Below, in pieces: positions 47,906-58,228 of a stretch of 64,000 nucleotides of DNA. The position numbers and the translations under genes are program-made. The DNA is from an uncultured candidate division Zixibacteria bacterium (GTDB taxonomy: Bacteria > Zixibacteria > MSB-5A5 > GN15 > FEB-12), in the NCBI GenBank assembly GCA_963664195.1, contig OY760907.1, forward strand, positions 1,312,001-1,376,000, read 5' to 3'. The notes below the pieces were generated by a model that did no database searches, was not told the DNA's origin, and saw only the letters and a list, made by a program, of their open reading frames with translations. Each line of letters opens with the position of its first letter. Positions within the stretch are counted from its first letter, which is position 1.

Positions 47906-49406
47906 CGCTGGCGTCCATCGGGCGTATTTTCGATTCTATGAATTCGATCTGCGCTCTTGTGATCCCGTATCGTTTGTAGAGCAGCCTGTCAGTCCATTCA
48001 GTATCCATTTTGAGAACAGGGACAAATAAGTACGAGTCCTTCGTGATGTGATGGGAGTACATAAACTGGGAAACCAAAAATCGAAACAGCCTGGTCTTCA
48101 TATAGCCCATTAGGTTCTTGGCTTGAGCCTCATCCATGAAGCTGCCGATTACGAGATAGGTTTCTGTGCAGATTGTTCCAGGCGGCAAGATGTCGATTTT
48201 GGAAAACACCCTGCGTCTGCCATCTTTGCCGGGATTCCCAGCATGGTCATAACCGACATAGGAAGTGATGACCTTCCATAGATCGATCATTTCAGCTCCA
48301 GTAGTGACATCTTTTCGTTTGTATGGGCCTTCCCCCTTTTGCCAGCGCAGCATGATGTCGCCTCGCTTGGATGGCCTTGCACTCGTCGGTAGCCCAAATG
48401 GCTTTCTGCTAGAAACCTGTTGGCTCATCCGCTTCTCTTTCTTTGCTAGCACTTTGCGAATGATGGGAACGGCTTGGCTATGGCGGATAAACGCTTTGTA
48501 CTCGTTCAGCGGTCGTGTTGCTGTAACTGCCGTATCAGTGTGGACATTGACGACTTCGCACGGACCGGTTGAGTCACGCTCCCACAAAAAATAGCAGATG
48601 CCGCCCGCGATATCCACACCGGGAAAGCACTCTGTCGCGTCTTCGAAATCTACCAGTTTTCGTATGCGATCATCGTTCAGCATTTCAGCACGAAAATCAT
48701 TCAGACCTTTTCCGCCACCAAACCAGCGCGAAGGAATAATCATGGTCAGAAACCGCGGATTGAGCTTCTTGGCCTGCTGCACAAATTTCTGGTAGATGGG
48801 AGATGCGCTCCTTCCAAAGCCACCATCGCTCAATTGATAAGGCGGATTACCGACAATGACATCGAACTTCATATTGAATAACTCCTCTGGGTTCTCGGTG
48901 TGGATATACTCATAGGCATGAGTTTCAAGCTCCTCGCCTCGCCGGTAGTTGGCTTCGCTGGCTCCGCAAAAGCAACAGCGTCCGTCCAGCCATGTGTGTT
49001 CCATTCGTTCAAAGCGAATATTGCCCTGCGGATCATCAAATGTCTCGCAGACAGAGTATTTGCCGTTGGCTGTCTTGGAGCAGTACACCGAGCGGCGCGA
49101 AAGCAGAGAAGTCAACTCCGTGATGGCCATGCCGAAAAGCTGCTTGCTGAAAATGTGGTTGATGCGTTCCTGCTTGTCGGGGATCTCCTTCTCCAGCCCG
49201 ACATCGAGCCGTTTGGCAATCTCGCGCAGAAAGACGCCCGATTTGCAGACCGGGTCCAGAAACCTGGCGTTCTTGTTGCTCCAGATTTCGGGCGGGAGCA
49301 AATCGAGTATCGAGTTGGCCAACTTTGGTGGTGTGAAGACTTCATCACTGCTCAGGTTGGCCAGACAGGACAGGACGTCCGGGTTGTAGCTACTGCTCTT
49401 CAGCAT
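47898..49406 (-). CDS. Eco57I-like N6-adenine DNA methyltransferase with C-terminal target-recognition region
   Basis: EVFTPP, FLDPVCKSGVF (motif I), FDVIVGNPPY (motif IV), IIPSRW. Confidence 0.9.
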   Translation of the reverse strand: MLKSSSYNPDVLSCLANLSSDEVFTPPKLANSILDLLPPEIWSNKNARFLDPVCKSGVFLREIAKRLDVGLEKEIPDKQERINHIFSKQLFGMAITELTSLLSRRSVYCSKTANGKYSVCETFDDPQGNIRFERMEHTWLDGRCCFCGASEANYRRGEELETHAYEYIHTENPEELFNMKFDVIVGNPPYQLSDGGFGRSASPIYQKFVQQAKKLNPRFLTMIIPSRWFGGGKGLNDFRAEMLNDDRIRKLVDFEDATECFPGVDIAGGICYFLWERDSTGPCEVVNVHTDTAVTATRPLNEYKAFIRHSQAVPIIRKVLAKKEKRMSQQVSSRKPFGLPTSARPSKRGDIMLRWQKGEGPYKRKDVTTGAEMIDLWKVITSYVGYDHAGNPGKDGRRRVFSKIDILPPGTICTETYLVIGSFMDEAQAKNLMGYMKTRLFRFLVSQFMYSHHITKDSYLFVPVLKMDTEWTDRLLYKRYGITRAQIEFIESKIRPMDASDE

Positions 49407-50049
49407 CGGCAAGCCTCAGGAAGTGCGTTAAAGGGTATTCTCTTTCCGGTGTGGGAATGAACACATCATCGCCGAGGTCGGAAAAGAGGGGAGTACTCTT
49501 GTATGCCTCGTGCTCCAGTAAGCCGCGGAAAGAGAAATCACGGCGCTTGAGCATGCTGCCATTGACGGGCGACCACTCAGAAAAGACAATTGGTCGCGGG
49601 TTCGCTCCCACGGTTTTCAATGTGAGGGCGTCTCCCCAAACGATATTGCGCTCAAGTATGTACCGGACCGCGCTCCGGCATTCTTCTTTGGCCGTAGCTT
49701 TGTAGCGGGCGGTGTATTTCTGATCGAAAATACACAGAAGACGCGCGCGGCACGCCTGACAATTATCATCAAGTATGTCAATACCATAGATGCTTGAGAC
49801 AGCAAGCACGGCATTGCGCTCGTATTCAAGTTGACTTTTTCGGTAGCGGGCCTCTACAACCCTAAGTTTCCGTTCTAATACTTCTGCCAAGAAATTGCCC
49901 GTACCACAGGCTGGTTCGAGGAAACGGGAATCGATTCTCTCTGTCTCCTGTTTCACCAGATCAAGCATGGCATTGACTTCCCGCGTGCTGGTAAAGACCT
50001 CGCCATGATCGGAAACTCTCTTCTTGGAGACAACCTGCTTTTCTGTCAA
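49390..50049 (-). CDS. Short DNA-methyltransferase-like protein (SAM-binding half only)
   Basis: HGEVFT, FLEPACGTGNFL, IYGIDI, NIVWGDAL present; no NPPY/DPPY motif. Confidence 0.85.
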   Translation of the reverse strand: MTEKQVVSKKRVSDHGEVFTSTREVNAMLDLVKQETERIDSRFLEPACGTGNFLAEVLERKLRVVEARYRKSQLEYERNAVLAVSSIYGIDILDDNCQACRARLLCIFDQKYTARYKATAKEECRSAVRYILERNIVWGDALTLKTVGANPRPIVFSEWSPVNGSMLKRRDFSFRGLLEHEAYKSTPLFSDLGDDVFIPTPEREYPLTHFLRLADAEEQ

Positions 50050-50190
50050 TTTAGAACCCCTCTATGCACCGGGTTTCTAGTGGTCGCTTGATTGTCACAC
50101 ATCCCTCCCGAATCATCGAGCAAGTCAGATTGGAATAAGGTCGCCTTCAAGATACACAATGGTCCGTGATTGTCAATCGGGAAACGAATC

Positions 50191-50264
50191 CGCCAGAGGT
50201 GGAACCCTGGTGGTCACAAAAGGGAGAATGCGGTTATCCCCCACCCGAGGCACGGGCGGGCCAC
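50191..50264. repeat. REP-like cluster: family F (50191-50217) and inverted family A (50240-50264)
   Basis: F matches 60861-60887 at 24/27; A matches 15044-15068 at 24/25. Confidence 0.82.
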
Positions 50265-50346
50265 CGGGAGGCGGGTCACCGGGCAGAAGGACGGGTGGCC
50301 GGCTCAAACTTGTTTGGGCCGGACAGGTATCTTGCCCCGTATGTTC

Positions 50347-50382
50347 AAAAGAAAAAGCGCCGGAGTTTCATCCCCGACGCTT
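50347..50382 (-). terminator. Intrinsic terminator of the 50403-51128 gene
   Basis: AAGCGTCGGGG-ATGAAA-CTCCGGCGCTT-TTTCTTTT on the minus strand. Confidence 0.8.
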
Positions 50383-50402
50383 CACTCTGCTTGAAAATGT
50401 CA

Positions 50403-51128
50403 TTAGAATCTGACCAACACCCCCGCGTACACCTTCACCATGTCCGTTCTCGATTTCATGGTTTCGAACGTTACGTTGCCGTCGTCCCGTTGGATTGAAC
50501 CTTCTTTTAGATACTCCGCCTCGCCGCCGCGAACATACCTTACCCCCGCGTCGAGCAGAATCTGCAGGGGGCTTCGGAACACCTTTTTGACGTTCCGAGT
50601 GTAGAGCGACAGCAACGCACCGCCACCTATACCGTAGGCAAACGCGGCATCGTCCTGGTTTGTATGGCCGGCGATATTCTCTATTTCACCTCCGGTGTTT
50701 GAGATGTTGGTCCGAGTGTAAAGATAATTCAGGCCCACCAGCGCGTCGCCGTATAGCTGTACTCGCCCCGCAGGTACCCGGCGGCGCAACACGAAAAGAG
50801 CCTGCACGATGCTATTCGAGGTTGTCACGTCGACTGTTACATCCGGAATGGTCGTCGAGAACGGCTCACGGCGCGTCTCGCTGCCGTAATTCATCCAGCT
50901 AAGGTCGAGTCCGATTGCAAAGGGTTTGGTCTTCGGCGTATAGAATATCTGGCCGTCCAGACCGTAGGCGTCGTTTCCGATCTGATCCTTCAAGTCGCCC
51001 TGGAGAAGGCCGGAATTAAAGTGCATGCCTCCGGCCCATCTTGTTGTGGTCGGGTTAGCGGTCGCGCTGGCAATCAGTATGAGCACCATTGCTGTCAGGG
51101 TGATAATCGTTTTGCTCGCAGTCTTCAT
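50403..51128 (-). CDS. Outer-membrane beta-barrel protein
   Basis: Signal peptide (ATA), amphipathic strands, C-terminal YAGVLVRF beta-signal. Confidence 0.8.
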   Translation of the reverse strand: MKTASKTIITLTAMVLILIASATANPTTTRWAGGMHFNSGLLQGDLKDQIGNDAYGLDGQIFYTPKTKPFAIGLDLSWMNYGSETRREPFSTTIPDVTVDVTTSNSIVQALFVLRRRVPAGRVQLYGDALVGLNYLYTRTNISNTGGEIENIAGHTNQDDAAFAYGIGGGALLSLYTRNVKKVFRSPLQILLDAGVRYVRGGEAEYLKEGSIQRDDGNVTFETMKSRTDMVKVYAGVLVRF

Positions 51129-51232
51129 TGTTCTCTGTTCCTCTTGTATTTCGCTGGTCTTGTCTTCATGGACATGCAATATAAATGGAATTGCGTTACT
51201 ATGTTACATGAATGTTTATCGAGCAGGCAGAT

Positions 51233-51248
51233 AGCAACGACCGTGCCA
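51233..51248 (-). promoter_or_regulatory. Sigma54 -24/-12 promoter TGGCAC-GGTCG-TTGCT
   Basis: Perfect match to TGGCAC-N5-TTGCW; palindrome GCACA-TAGC-TGTGC at 51323-51336 upstream. Confidence 0.8.
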
Positions 51249-51426
51249 GAACGGTAAGGCCTTGTAGTGCAGGGCATTAGGTATTGGTTCGATCCGTAAC
51301 CGTGGCGTTTACACACAGGCGCGCACATAGCTGTGCACAGAGAAGAGGCAGGGGGGTAGGGACGACGAAGGGTGTCCTCATCCCAGGAGATGTTACTCGG
51401 CGTCTGGCGGAATTGTGGGAGCTACG

Positions 51427-52197
51427 TTACGGTTGGTCGCCGTTTTGTCCAGTTGGGCAGACTTCTCTCATGTAACAATCCTCGCACTTGGGATTCTGCG
51501 GTTTGCACCATGTTCTGCCGATTTCCCAGCACGGCAGATCCATCATGCCGGGAAACTCGGGATACAAAGATCTGGCTCTGTAGATGACCTGCTCAACCGA
51601 AGGGTCTGAACCGCAGAACCCCAATCTTGCGAAGACTCTCTTGATGTGCACATCCGCAGAGATGTCAATGGAGAAGTAGTCACTCATCGGAATCTTAAGC
51701 TCTCGGGCCAGAATATTCGTTGCCATACTGGCGATTTTTGGCCCTACCCCCTCGAACTGCAGAAAACGGTAAATCACTTCGGCGCTTGAGGGGTTGTCCG
51801 TCCAGATGCGAGAGGCGTCACCGCCGTATTGTCCGTGAATCCTCTGCACTGCCAGAAAGAAGTATCTACTCATCCTGTCAATAAAACGGTGGAGACTCTC
51901 CGGCTCTCTCATGAGTCTGTTGATATCAGCCTCCGAGAGTTTATGTAGCGCAACAATGCCGGAATCGCCGATCAGTGTCGCGATTTTGAAAGGAATCAGC
52001 CAGGCCCTTTCTGCCTTTATCTGTTGATCCATTACACACGCCAGCACAAATGCATGCGGCGTCCGCTCCAGATCGTTTAGTAATGCATCAGCGCTGTCGG
52101 TTTTAGTGAACCGGATCGTTTCTTTCGGAGCGTTGAACAACTCCTTGCCGCGCTCAACCAGCCTGTCTCGTGCGACGCTTGCTGTTTCTGTAATCAT
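51427..52197 (-). CDS. HhH-GPD/endonuclease III-like DNA glycosylase with 4Fe-4S loop
   Basis: FEGVGPKIA (HhH), DVHIKRV, C-x6-C-x2-C-x5-C at the C-terminus. Confidence 0.88.
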   Translation of the reverse strand: MITETASVARDRLVERGKELFNAPKETIRFTKTDSADALLNDLERTPHAFVLACVMDQQIKAERAWLIPFKIATLIGDSGIVALHKLSEADINRLMREPESLHRFIDRMSRYFFLAVQRIHGQYGGDASRIWTDNPSSAEVIYRFLQFEGVGPKIASMATNILARELKIPMSDYFSIDISADVHIKRVFARLGFCGSDPSVEQVIYRARSLYPEFPGMMDLPCWEIGRTWCKPQNPKCEDCYMREVCPTGQNGDQP

Positions 52198-52509
52198 GTC
52201 GCAATACTCCCCATTGGAAGAACCGGGCCGATCGGATACCTACCATCCGTAGCGGACTTCTCCTGCAGAGGCGCGGTTCACAATGTGTTTGAAGGTTGCC
52301 ATCAAAATACATGATTCACGTGGAATGTCAAACACAGAGGGACAAGATCGCGCCGGGTCCTCGAGAGAGTTTCGCTTGACTCAAACAGACTGAGAGTGCT
52401 TCCCGGTCGTGTCCCCCTATAGGCGCTCCCCCATACTGTATCCCGACTGTCCTGCACCTTCCGAAGGTGGCTGAGAGCTAACCCACTGCAAGCCAAGCGG
52501 CTGTGTCGC

Positions 52510-52524
52510 TGGCATGGGATTTGA
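52510..52524 (+). promoter_or_regulatory. Possible sigma54 promoter TGGCAT-GGGAT-TTGA
   Basis: -24 element intact, -12 reads GA rather than GC. Confidence 0.45.
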
Positions 52525-52538
52525 TTAAGTGGCGGGCA

Positions 52539-53150
52539 ATGAAGACGCAGGATTTCAAGAAGATCACTCAGTTTTGCCGGTATCCGATCGCTACACTGGC
52601 GGTAACGATACTGGTGATTTTCGTTGCGGCGCTGGCCGCTCCAGTGATCGGGCCACGCTCTGAAGCTGTTCCGGGCACCGCCGAGAACAGCTACGATCGC
52701 GAGTCAGTGATCGAGCAACTGGTGATCGATCGTGAGATCTGGCGCGATGCTTCTGCGCACGGTGACGCCGGGGCTTCCGATCTGTACATGGAGAATCTGT
52801 TCGGGCTGATTGATTTCGACATCAGCCAGAGCGAAATCCTGGTACGTGATTTGGCCCGGACCGCAGCGTTGATCCCGCCGGGGGAGATTGAGGAGCACGC
52901 CGGCGACCGTGAGCTGTTCTCACGGTCCCTGTCTCTTCTGAACTGCAAGGAAGCGTTGTGTCTTGCGATGCGAAAATGTCCGGACTTCAACTACCGTTAC
53001 CGACTGCTGGGGGATTACATCAACTTACTCCGCAAGGAACTGCACATGCCGAAATCGGTGCTGGCTTCGCGACAAGAGGGGAAGTCGTCGGGATACACGC
53101 TGAGATCGGAAACCACTTCTGCCAAAAAGCAACACCCCCCCTCCTTTTAG
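52539..53150 (+). CDS. Hypothetical exported helical protein
   Basis: N-terminal hydrophobic segment; no family recognised. Confidence 0.65.
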   Translation: MKTQDFKKITQFCRYPIATLAVTILVIFVAALAAPVIGPRSEAVPGTAENSYDRESVIEQLVIDREIWRDASAHGDAGASDLYMENLFGLIDFDISQSEILVRDLARTAALIPPGEIEEHAGDRELFSRSLSLLNCKEALCLAMRKCPDFNYRYRLLGDYINLLRKELHMPKSVLASRQEGKSSGYTLRSETTSAKKQHPPSF

Positions 53151-53255
53151 TGTTGGCCCTTGCACGAAGCGCGTACTGCGCCGACGCCGCTGCCCTACCC
53201 CGGACAGCGGCGTTGTTTGTTTGTGGGGCAAATGCAGTGTTTCGCGTCTTCCCCC

Positions 53256-56108
53256 CTACACCATCTCTTTCAAATATCGCCCCGTGTGAGACTTGCTAAT
53301 ACTCGACACGTCTTCCGGCGTGCCGGTCGCGATGATCTTCCCGCCGTAGTCGCCCCCCTCCGGACCGATATCAATTACCCAGTCAGCAGTCTTGATCACA
53401 TCCATGTTGTGCTCAATAACCACCACGGTATTACCCCTGTCCACCAATTCGGAGAGTACGGACAGCAACATCCGAATATCCTCGAAATGCAACCCGGTGG
53501 TCGGTTCGTCCAGAATATACAACGTTCGCCCGGTTGCCATTTTCGACAACTCAGTCGCCAGTTTCACGCGCTGGGCTTCACCGCCGGACAGCGTGGTCGC
53601 CTGCTGTCCCAGATGGATATATCCCAACCCGACATTCATCAGCGTTACCAGCTTGTTCTTGATACGCGGGATATTCTCGAAAAAGGCCAGCGCCTCCTCG
53701 ACCGTCATATCCAGAATATCGGCGATGGATTTCCCCTTAAATGTCACTTCCAGCGTTTCGCGATTGTACCGCTTGCCTTTGCAAACCTCGCATGGGATGT
53801 AGACATCCGGAAGGAAATGCATTTCGATCTTGATAATCCCGTCCCCCTGGCAGGCCTCGCACCGCCCCCCCTTGACATTGAACGAGTACCTTCCCGGCGC
53901 GTACCCGCGTGCTTTCGATTCCGGCAACGAAGAAAACAGCTCGCGCACCGGCGTAAACAGCCCCGTGTAGGTAGCCGGGTTGGATCGCGGCGTGCGACCA
54001 ATCGGCGACTGGTCGATATCAATCACCTTGTCGATATGCTCAAGTCCCTCGATTGATTCATAAGGCAGAGGCGTTTTGCGACTGCGATAGAAATGCCTCG
54101 CGAGAATACGATACAACGTTTCGTTGATCAGGGTCGATTTTCCCGAACCGGACACACCCGTGATTGCCACGAAAGTTCCCAGCGGAATCTCCGCCGTCAC
54201 GTTTCTGAGATTATTGCCGGTTGCGCCTTTGAGCGTGATATGTTTGCCGTTCGGCTCGCGACGCTTTTTCGGTGTCTCAATTTGCCGCTCTCCGGTGAGA
54301 TACTGTCCCGTGATCGATTTGCGATTCTTCTTGATCTGTGCGGGAGTACCGGATGCTACGATCTTTCCCCCATGCACACCGGCTCCCGGACCAAGATCAA
54401 TCACGTAGTCCGCTTTTTCTATGGTCTCACGGTCATGTTCAACGACCAGTACCGTGTTGCCGATCTCTTTCAATTCCGTCAGTGTGTTGAGCAGTTTGCT
54501 GTTGTCGCGCTGGTGGAGTCCAATCGATGGTTCATCCAGGATATACAGTACTCCGACCAATCGCGATCCGATTTGGGTCGCCAGCCGAATGCGCTGTGCC
54601 TCGCCGCCGGACAAAGTTGCCGCAGAACGACTGAGCGTCAAGTAATCAAGGCCGACATCACAAAGGAACCCGAGCCGTTCGCGGACCTCTTTCAATATCT
54701 GCTTGGCGATGGTTTGCTGACGTTTGGTCAGGTTGATGTTCTTGAAGAAAGCATTCGATTTTTTGATCGACATCTCAACAATCGAGTCAATTGTCTCGCG
54801 ATCGAGTATAACCGACAGCGCTTCCGGCCGGAGGCGCGCCCCCTTGCAGGAGGGACATTTCGTGATCGACATGTAGTTCTCGATCCATTGCCGGACACCG
54901 CTTGATTCCGTCTGCTTGTATCGTCGTTCCAGATGCGGAATTACGCCCTCAAACGGTGCCTCGTACACACCCTTGCTTTTGCCTTTGGCCGAAGCGTGCT
55001 CGTACTCCAGTCGGATAGACTCCTTTCCGGAACCGTACAGCAGCACTTGCCGGACCTTCTCGGGGAGCTTCTCAAACGGAGTCGACAGCTTGAAATCGAA
55101 ATGATTTGCCACCCCCTTTACCTGGTAACGATACCAGTTGGCCATGTCGGCACCGCCCCACGGTCTCAGCGCTCCCTCGCTGATCGACAGCGACCAATCC
55201 GGTACGACCAGATCGGGCGAAATTTCCATCCTCTGCCCCAGGCCGTCACATATCTTGCAGGCGCCAAAGGGCGAATTGAACGAAAACAGTCGGGGGGACG
55301 GTTCTTCATAGCTGATATTGCAGTTGAGGCAGGCGAACTGCTCCGAAAAGAGCAAATCCTGACTCTTGATATTCACAATCACCGTGCCGTTGGACATCCG
55401 AAGCGCCGTCTCCACCGAGTCAGCCAGCCGCCGTTTCGATTTTGGCTTTACCACCAGGCGGTCTACCACCGCCTCGATACTGTGCTTCTTCTTCTTATCC
55501 AGAGCGACTTCCGAATCGGACTCGACAATCTCACCGTCGATTCGAAGCCTCACGAATCCCTCGCGGATAACCTCTTCGATTATCTCCCGGTGCTCACCCT
55601 TCTTGCCACGCACCAGCGGCGCGAGGACCATCAGACGGGTCCCCTCCTCAAAACTCAATACCGAATCAACGATCTGCTCGACCGTCTGCTGGGTGATAGG
55701 CTGTCCGCATTCGGTACAGTGCGGGACACCAACTCGTGCGAACAGCAGTCTCAGGTAGTCATATATCTCGGTGATAGTACCGACCGTGGAGCGAGGATTC
55801 TTGGGCGTACCCTTCTGTTCGATAGAAATTGCGGGAGACAATCCCTCGATGAAGTCAACATCCGGCTTTTCCATCAGTCCGAGGAACTGGCGAGCATACG
55901 CCGACAACGACTCGACATATCGCCTCTGTCCCTCCGCGTAGATCGTATCGAACGCCAGAGAGCTTTTGCCGGATCCGGACAGACCGGTAATCACGGTCAG
56001 AGTATTCCTCGGTATCTCCACGTCGATATTGCGAAGATTGTGTTCTCTGGCCCCTTTAACGAGGAGTATTTCTTGATTCCGCTTGTTTCTGCTGCCGTTC
56101 TTGCTCAT
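53256..56108 (-). CDS. uvrA: Excinuclease ABC subunit A
   Basis: [30 protein letters not shown], two LSGGEAQR motifs, zinc fingers. Confidence 0.98.
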   Translation of the reverse strand: MSKNGSRNKRNQEILLVKGAREHNLRNIDVEIPRNTLTVITGLSGSGKSSLAFDTIYAEGQRRYVESLSAYARQFLGLMEKPDVDFIEGLSPAISIEQKGTPKNPRSTVGTITEIYDYLRLLFARVGVPHCTECGQPITQQTVEQIVDSVLSFEEGTRLMVLAPLVRGKKGEHREIIEEVIREGFVRLRIDGEIVESDSEVALDKKKKHSIEAVVDRLVVKPKSKRRLADSVETALRMSNGTVIVNIKSQDLLFSEQFACLNCNISYEEPSPRLFSFNSPFGACKICDGLGQRMEISPDLVVPDWSLSISEGALRPWGGADMANWYRYQVKGVANHFDFKLSTPFEKLPEKVRQVLLYGSGKESIRLEYEHASAKGKSKGVYEAPFEGVIPHLERRYKQTESSGVRQWIENYMSITKCPSCKGARLRPEALSVILDRETIDSIVEMSIKKSNAFFKNINLTKRQQTIAKQILKEVRERLGFLCDVGLDYLTLSRSAATLSGGEAQRIRLATQIGSRLVGVLYILDEPSIGLHQRDNSKLLNTLTELKEIGNTVLVVEHDRETIEKADYVIDLGPGAGVHGGKIVASGTPAQIKKNRKSITGQYLTGERQIETPKKRREPNGKHITLKGATGNNLRNVTAEIPLGTFVAITGVSGSGKSTLINETLYRILARHFYRSRKTPLPYESIEGLEHIDKVIDIDQSPIGRTPRSNPATYTGLFTPVRELFSSLPESKARGYAPGRYSFNVKGGRCEACQGDGIIKIEMHFLPDVYIPCEVCKGKRYNRETLEVTFKGKSIADILDMTVEEALAFFENIPRIKNKLVTLMNVGLGYIHLGQQATTLSGGEAQRVKLATELSKMATGRTLYILDEPTTGLHFEDIRMLLSVLSELVDRGNTVVVIEHNMDVIKTADWVIDIGPEGGDYGGKIIATGTPEDVSSISKSHTGRYLKEMV

Positions 56109-56205
56109 GACTTCCTCAAACTGCAAGCAACAAATATAAGTTCCGTTGCGCCCAAGTGAAAGGGGAAAACCGATCCTGCAGAATCACATTCTGCCGCGGG
56201 TAGCC

Positions 56206-56232
56206 CATATTGGACTCGACGGGTCCAATATG
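56206..56232. promoter_or_regulatory. Perfect inverted repeat CATATTGGAC-N7-GTCCAATATG (candidate operator)
   Basis: Lies in the divergent uvrA / methyltransferase-ECF intergenic region, upstream of TTGACA at 56264. Confidence 0.5.
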
Positions 56233-56300
56233 TCATTTTGTTGATATCTCAGACCGAAAGCAGTTGACAAGCGGCTTCTCTGTTATACATTTATTGGATT

Positions 56301-56903
56301 ATGGCAGACCCGCAACAGGAATTCTTTGATAAGCTGGCCGAGGAGTGGGATCTCTCTTTCACTGCTGAGGATCTCGAACGCCTCTCTCACCTGGTAGACA
56401 CCCTCGGTGTCACCTCGGGAATGGACATTCTCGACCTCGGTTGCGGCACCGGCGTGTTGTTCGATTTGCTTCGGCGCAAGGTCGGGCCGGGCGGTTCCGT
56501 CACTGGTGTGGATTTCTCCCCTGAAATGACCCGTGTAGCGCATCGGAACTTTCCCTTTGATAATGTGAATGTGGTCGAGGCAGATGCGTGTCATTTGCCT
56601 TTTGTTGATTCCGCCTTTGACATGGCCGTCTCGTTTGCCGCTTTCGCGCACTTCTCCGATAAGCGGCAGTGTCTGGCGGAGGTTGATCGGGTCCTGGGGC
56701 CTGAGGCCAGGCTGTTCATTATTCACCTCCAGTCATCCCGTGACCTGGCCAGGCAGCACGAGAGGATCGGCGGCCCGATTGCAAACGATCGCCTGCCGGA
56801 TGAACAGGAGCTTCGAAGTATGTTCGAGGCGAGTCATTTCGGCGATGTTCATATCGAAGATCATCCGGGGCTGTACCTGGCATCAGCGGTGAACAAAAAG
56901 TGA
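56301..56903 (+). CDS. Class I SAM-dependent methyltransferase
   Basis: FFDKLAEEWD, ILDLGCGTG, GVDFS, LPF....FD. Confidence 0.92.
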   Translation: MADPQQEFFDKLAEEWDLSFTAEDLERLSHLVDTLGVTSGMDILDLGCGTGVLFDLLRRKVGPGGSVTGVDFSPEMTRVAHRNFPFDNVNVVEADACHLPFVDSAFDMAVSFAAFAHFSDKRQCLAEVDRVLGPEARLFIIHLQSSRDLARQHERIGGPIANDRLPDEQELRSMFEASHFGDVHIEDHPGLYLASAVNKK

Positions 56904-57439
56904 GCCGCTTCGGATCTGTCCGGAAGAAACTCAATCGCACACAATGGATCACGTACACCGGCCTCTTTCTGGCGCTGGGGCTTGTTCTGCCTATCGGGTT
57001 CCATGCTTTTGGCGTGGGAGGACGAGTCTTCCTGCCGATGCACATACCGGTCCTACTCGCCGGATTCCTCGTCGGACCGGTCTCCGGCCTCCTCGTGGGG
57101 ATTTTGGCCCCCGCTCTGTCGCATCTGGTTTCCGGTATGCCCCCCTCGTATGCCGTTCCGCTGATGTCTCTGGAATTGCCGATCTACGGCCTTGTGGCCG
57201 GGCTGGCCTATTTTCGACTCAAGATGAATATCTATGTGGCGTTGATTATCTCTATGATAATCGGGCGACTCATGTTCGGTCTGGGGTTGTTAGTCCTGGG
57301 TCTGTTCATGGAGTTGCCTTACACGGCCGCGTTTTTCTTTTCAGCCGGCGGCCCGCTGGTCTCCGGTTTGCCCGGCGTTGCGGTGCAGCTATTTCTTGTC
57401 CCGCTGGTAGTCTCTGCGATCAAGCGACGCCCTTCTTGA
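56900..57439 (+). CDS. ECF transporter S-component (NiaX-like)
   Basis: LPMHIPVLLAGFLVGP...GMPP...ELP.YG...GR...GLPG..VQ; GTG start overlaps the upstream stop. Confidence 0.85.
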   Translation: MSRFGSVRKKLNRTQWITYTGLFLALGLVLPIGFHAFGVGGRVFLPMHIPVLLAGFLVGPVSGLLVGILAPALSHLVSGMPPSYAVPLMSLELPIYGLVAGLAYFRLKMNIYVALIISMIIGRLMFGLGLLVLGLFMELPYTAAFFFSAGGPLVSGLPGVAVQLFLVPLVVSAIKRRPS

Positions 57440-57524
57440 GTCACAAACAAGTCAAGCGCCAGGGAAGTCGGTCCTTCGATTTCACACCTGGCGCTCAACC
57501 TCCCTGTGAGCTTCTGCTCTCTTG

Positions 57525-58187
57525 CTACAACAGCAGGCCGATACTGAACCTCATGTCCGGGCCGCTATAGTTGTCCTTGCCGAGAATCGGACGGTCGAAA
57601 TCCGACATGAAATTGTACCCGGCATCAACACCCATCATAAACGACCTTCCCAACTGAATGTCTACTCCGCCGCCGAGACGTCCGCCAAACCTGTGCATGC
57701 TATGGGTCTCCTCGTACCGTTCGCACTCGCACGGGCTTTCTTCCTCGTACGTCCAGGTGCCTATGTATGATCCGATTGAAGCCGCCAGGTAAGGCCGCCA
57801 GACAGGATGACGCTCGCGCTGCGGGAAGTAACTTCGCACACCGAATTGAACCGAGTGTACGAACTCAAGGTCTTCGATTCGCCAGTCGTCGACATCGTAC
57901 CAGTGCTCTTCTTCCATATCCAGAAGGGACCATGACGCCGTCAGGGCGACATTGCTCTGCACCCAATGACTGACCCCTATCGAAACAACTGCCCCGTCCA
58001 TATCGGTGTTGCGTTCCCAGAAATCCTGACCGTTGAAATAGATATCGTGCTGATCGTCCTCAAGCGAGAACCCGACGCCCAGCTCCACGAGGGTCTTTCC
58101 CCTGAGGCCGCGGGCGTGGGCTACGGTGGCAACAGCGAGAATCATTACTGCTGCCAGAGTCATAAGTTGCATGTAGCGTGTTTTCAT
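57525..58187 (-). CDS. Outer-membrane beta-barrel protein
   Basis: Signal peptide (AHA); WRPYLAASIG, GGGVDIQL, GVDAGYNF; C-terminal FSIGLLL. Confidence 0.82.
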   Translation of the reverse strand: MKTRYMQLMTLAAVMILAVATVAHARGLRGKTLVELGVGFSLEDDQHDIYFNGQDFWERNTDMDGAVVSIGVSHWVQSNVALTASWSLLDMEEEHWYDVDDWRIEDLEFVHSVQFGVRSYFPQRERHPVWRPYLAASIGSYIGTWTYEEESPCECERYEETHSMHRFGGRLGGGVDIQLGRSFMMGVDAGYNFMSDFDRPILGKDNYSGPDMRFSIGLLL

Positions 58188-58228
58188 TTCTCTCACTCCT
58201 GTGTTTGTTGTGTCTGGCAAGACAGTAG

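Noticed and set aside
49390..49412. Frameshifted single MTase (pseudogene) spanning the 219-aa and 504-aa ORFs
   Set aside because: Each ORF has its own EVFT and motif I, so they are paralogous genes rather than halves of one gene.
53160..56159. Several long plus-strand ORFs (298, 270 and 408 aa)
   Set aside because: Antisense shadows of uvrA.
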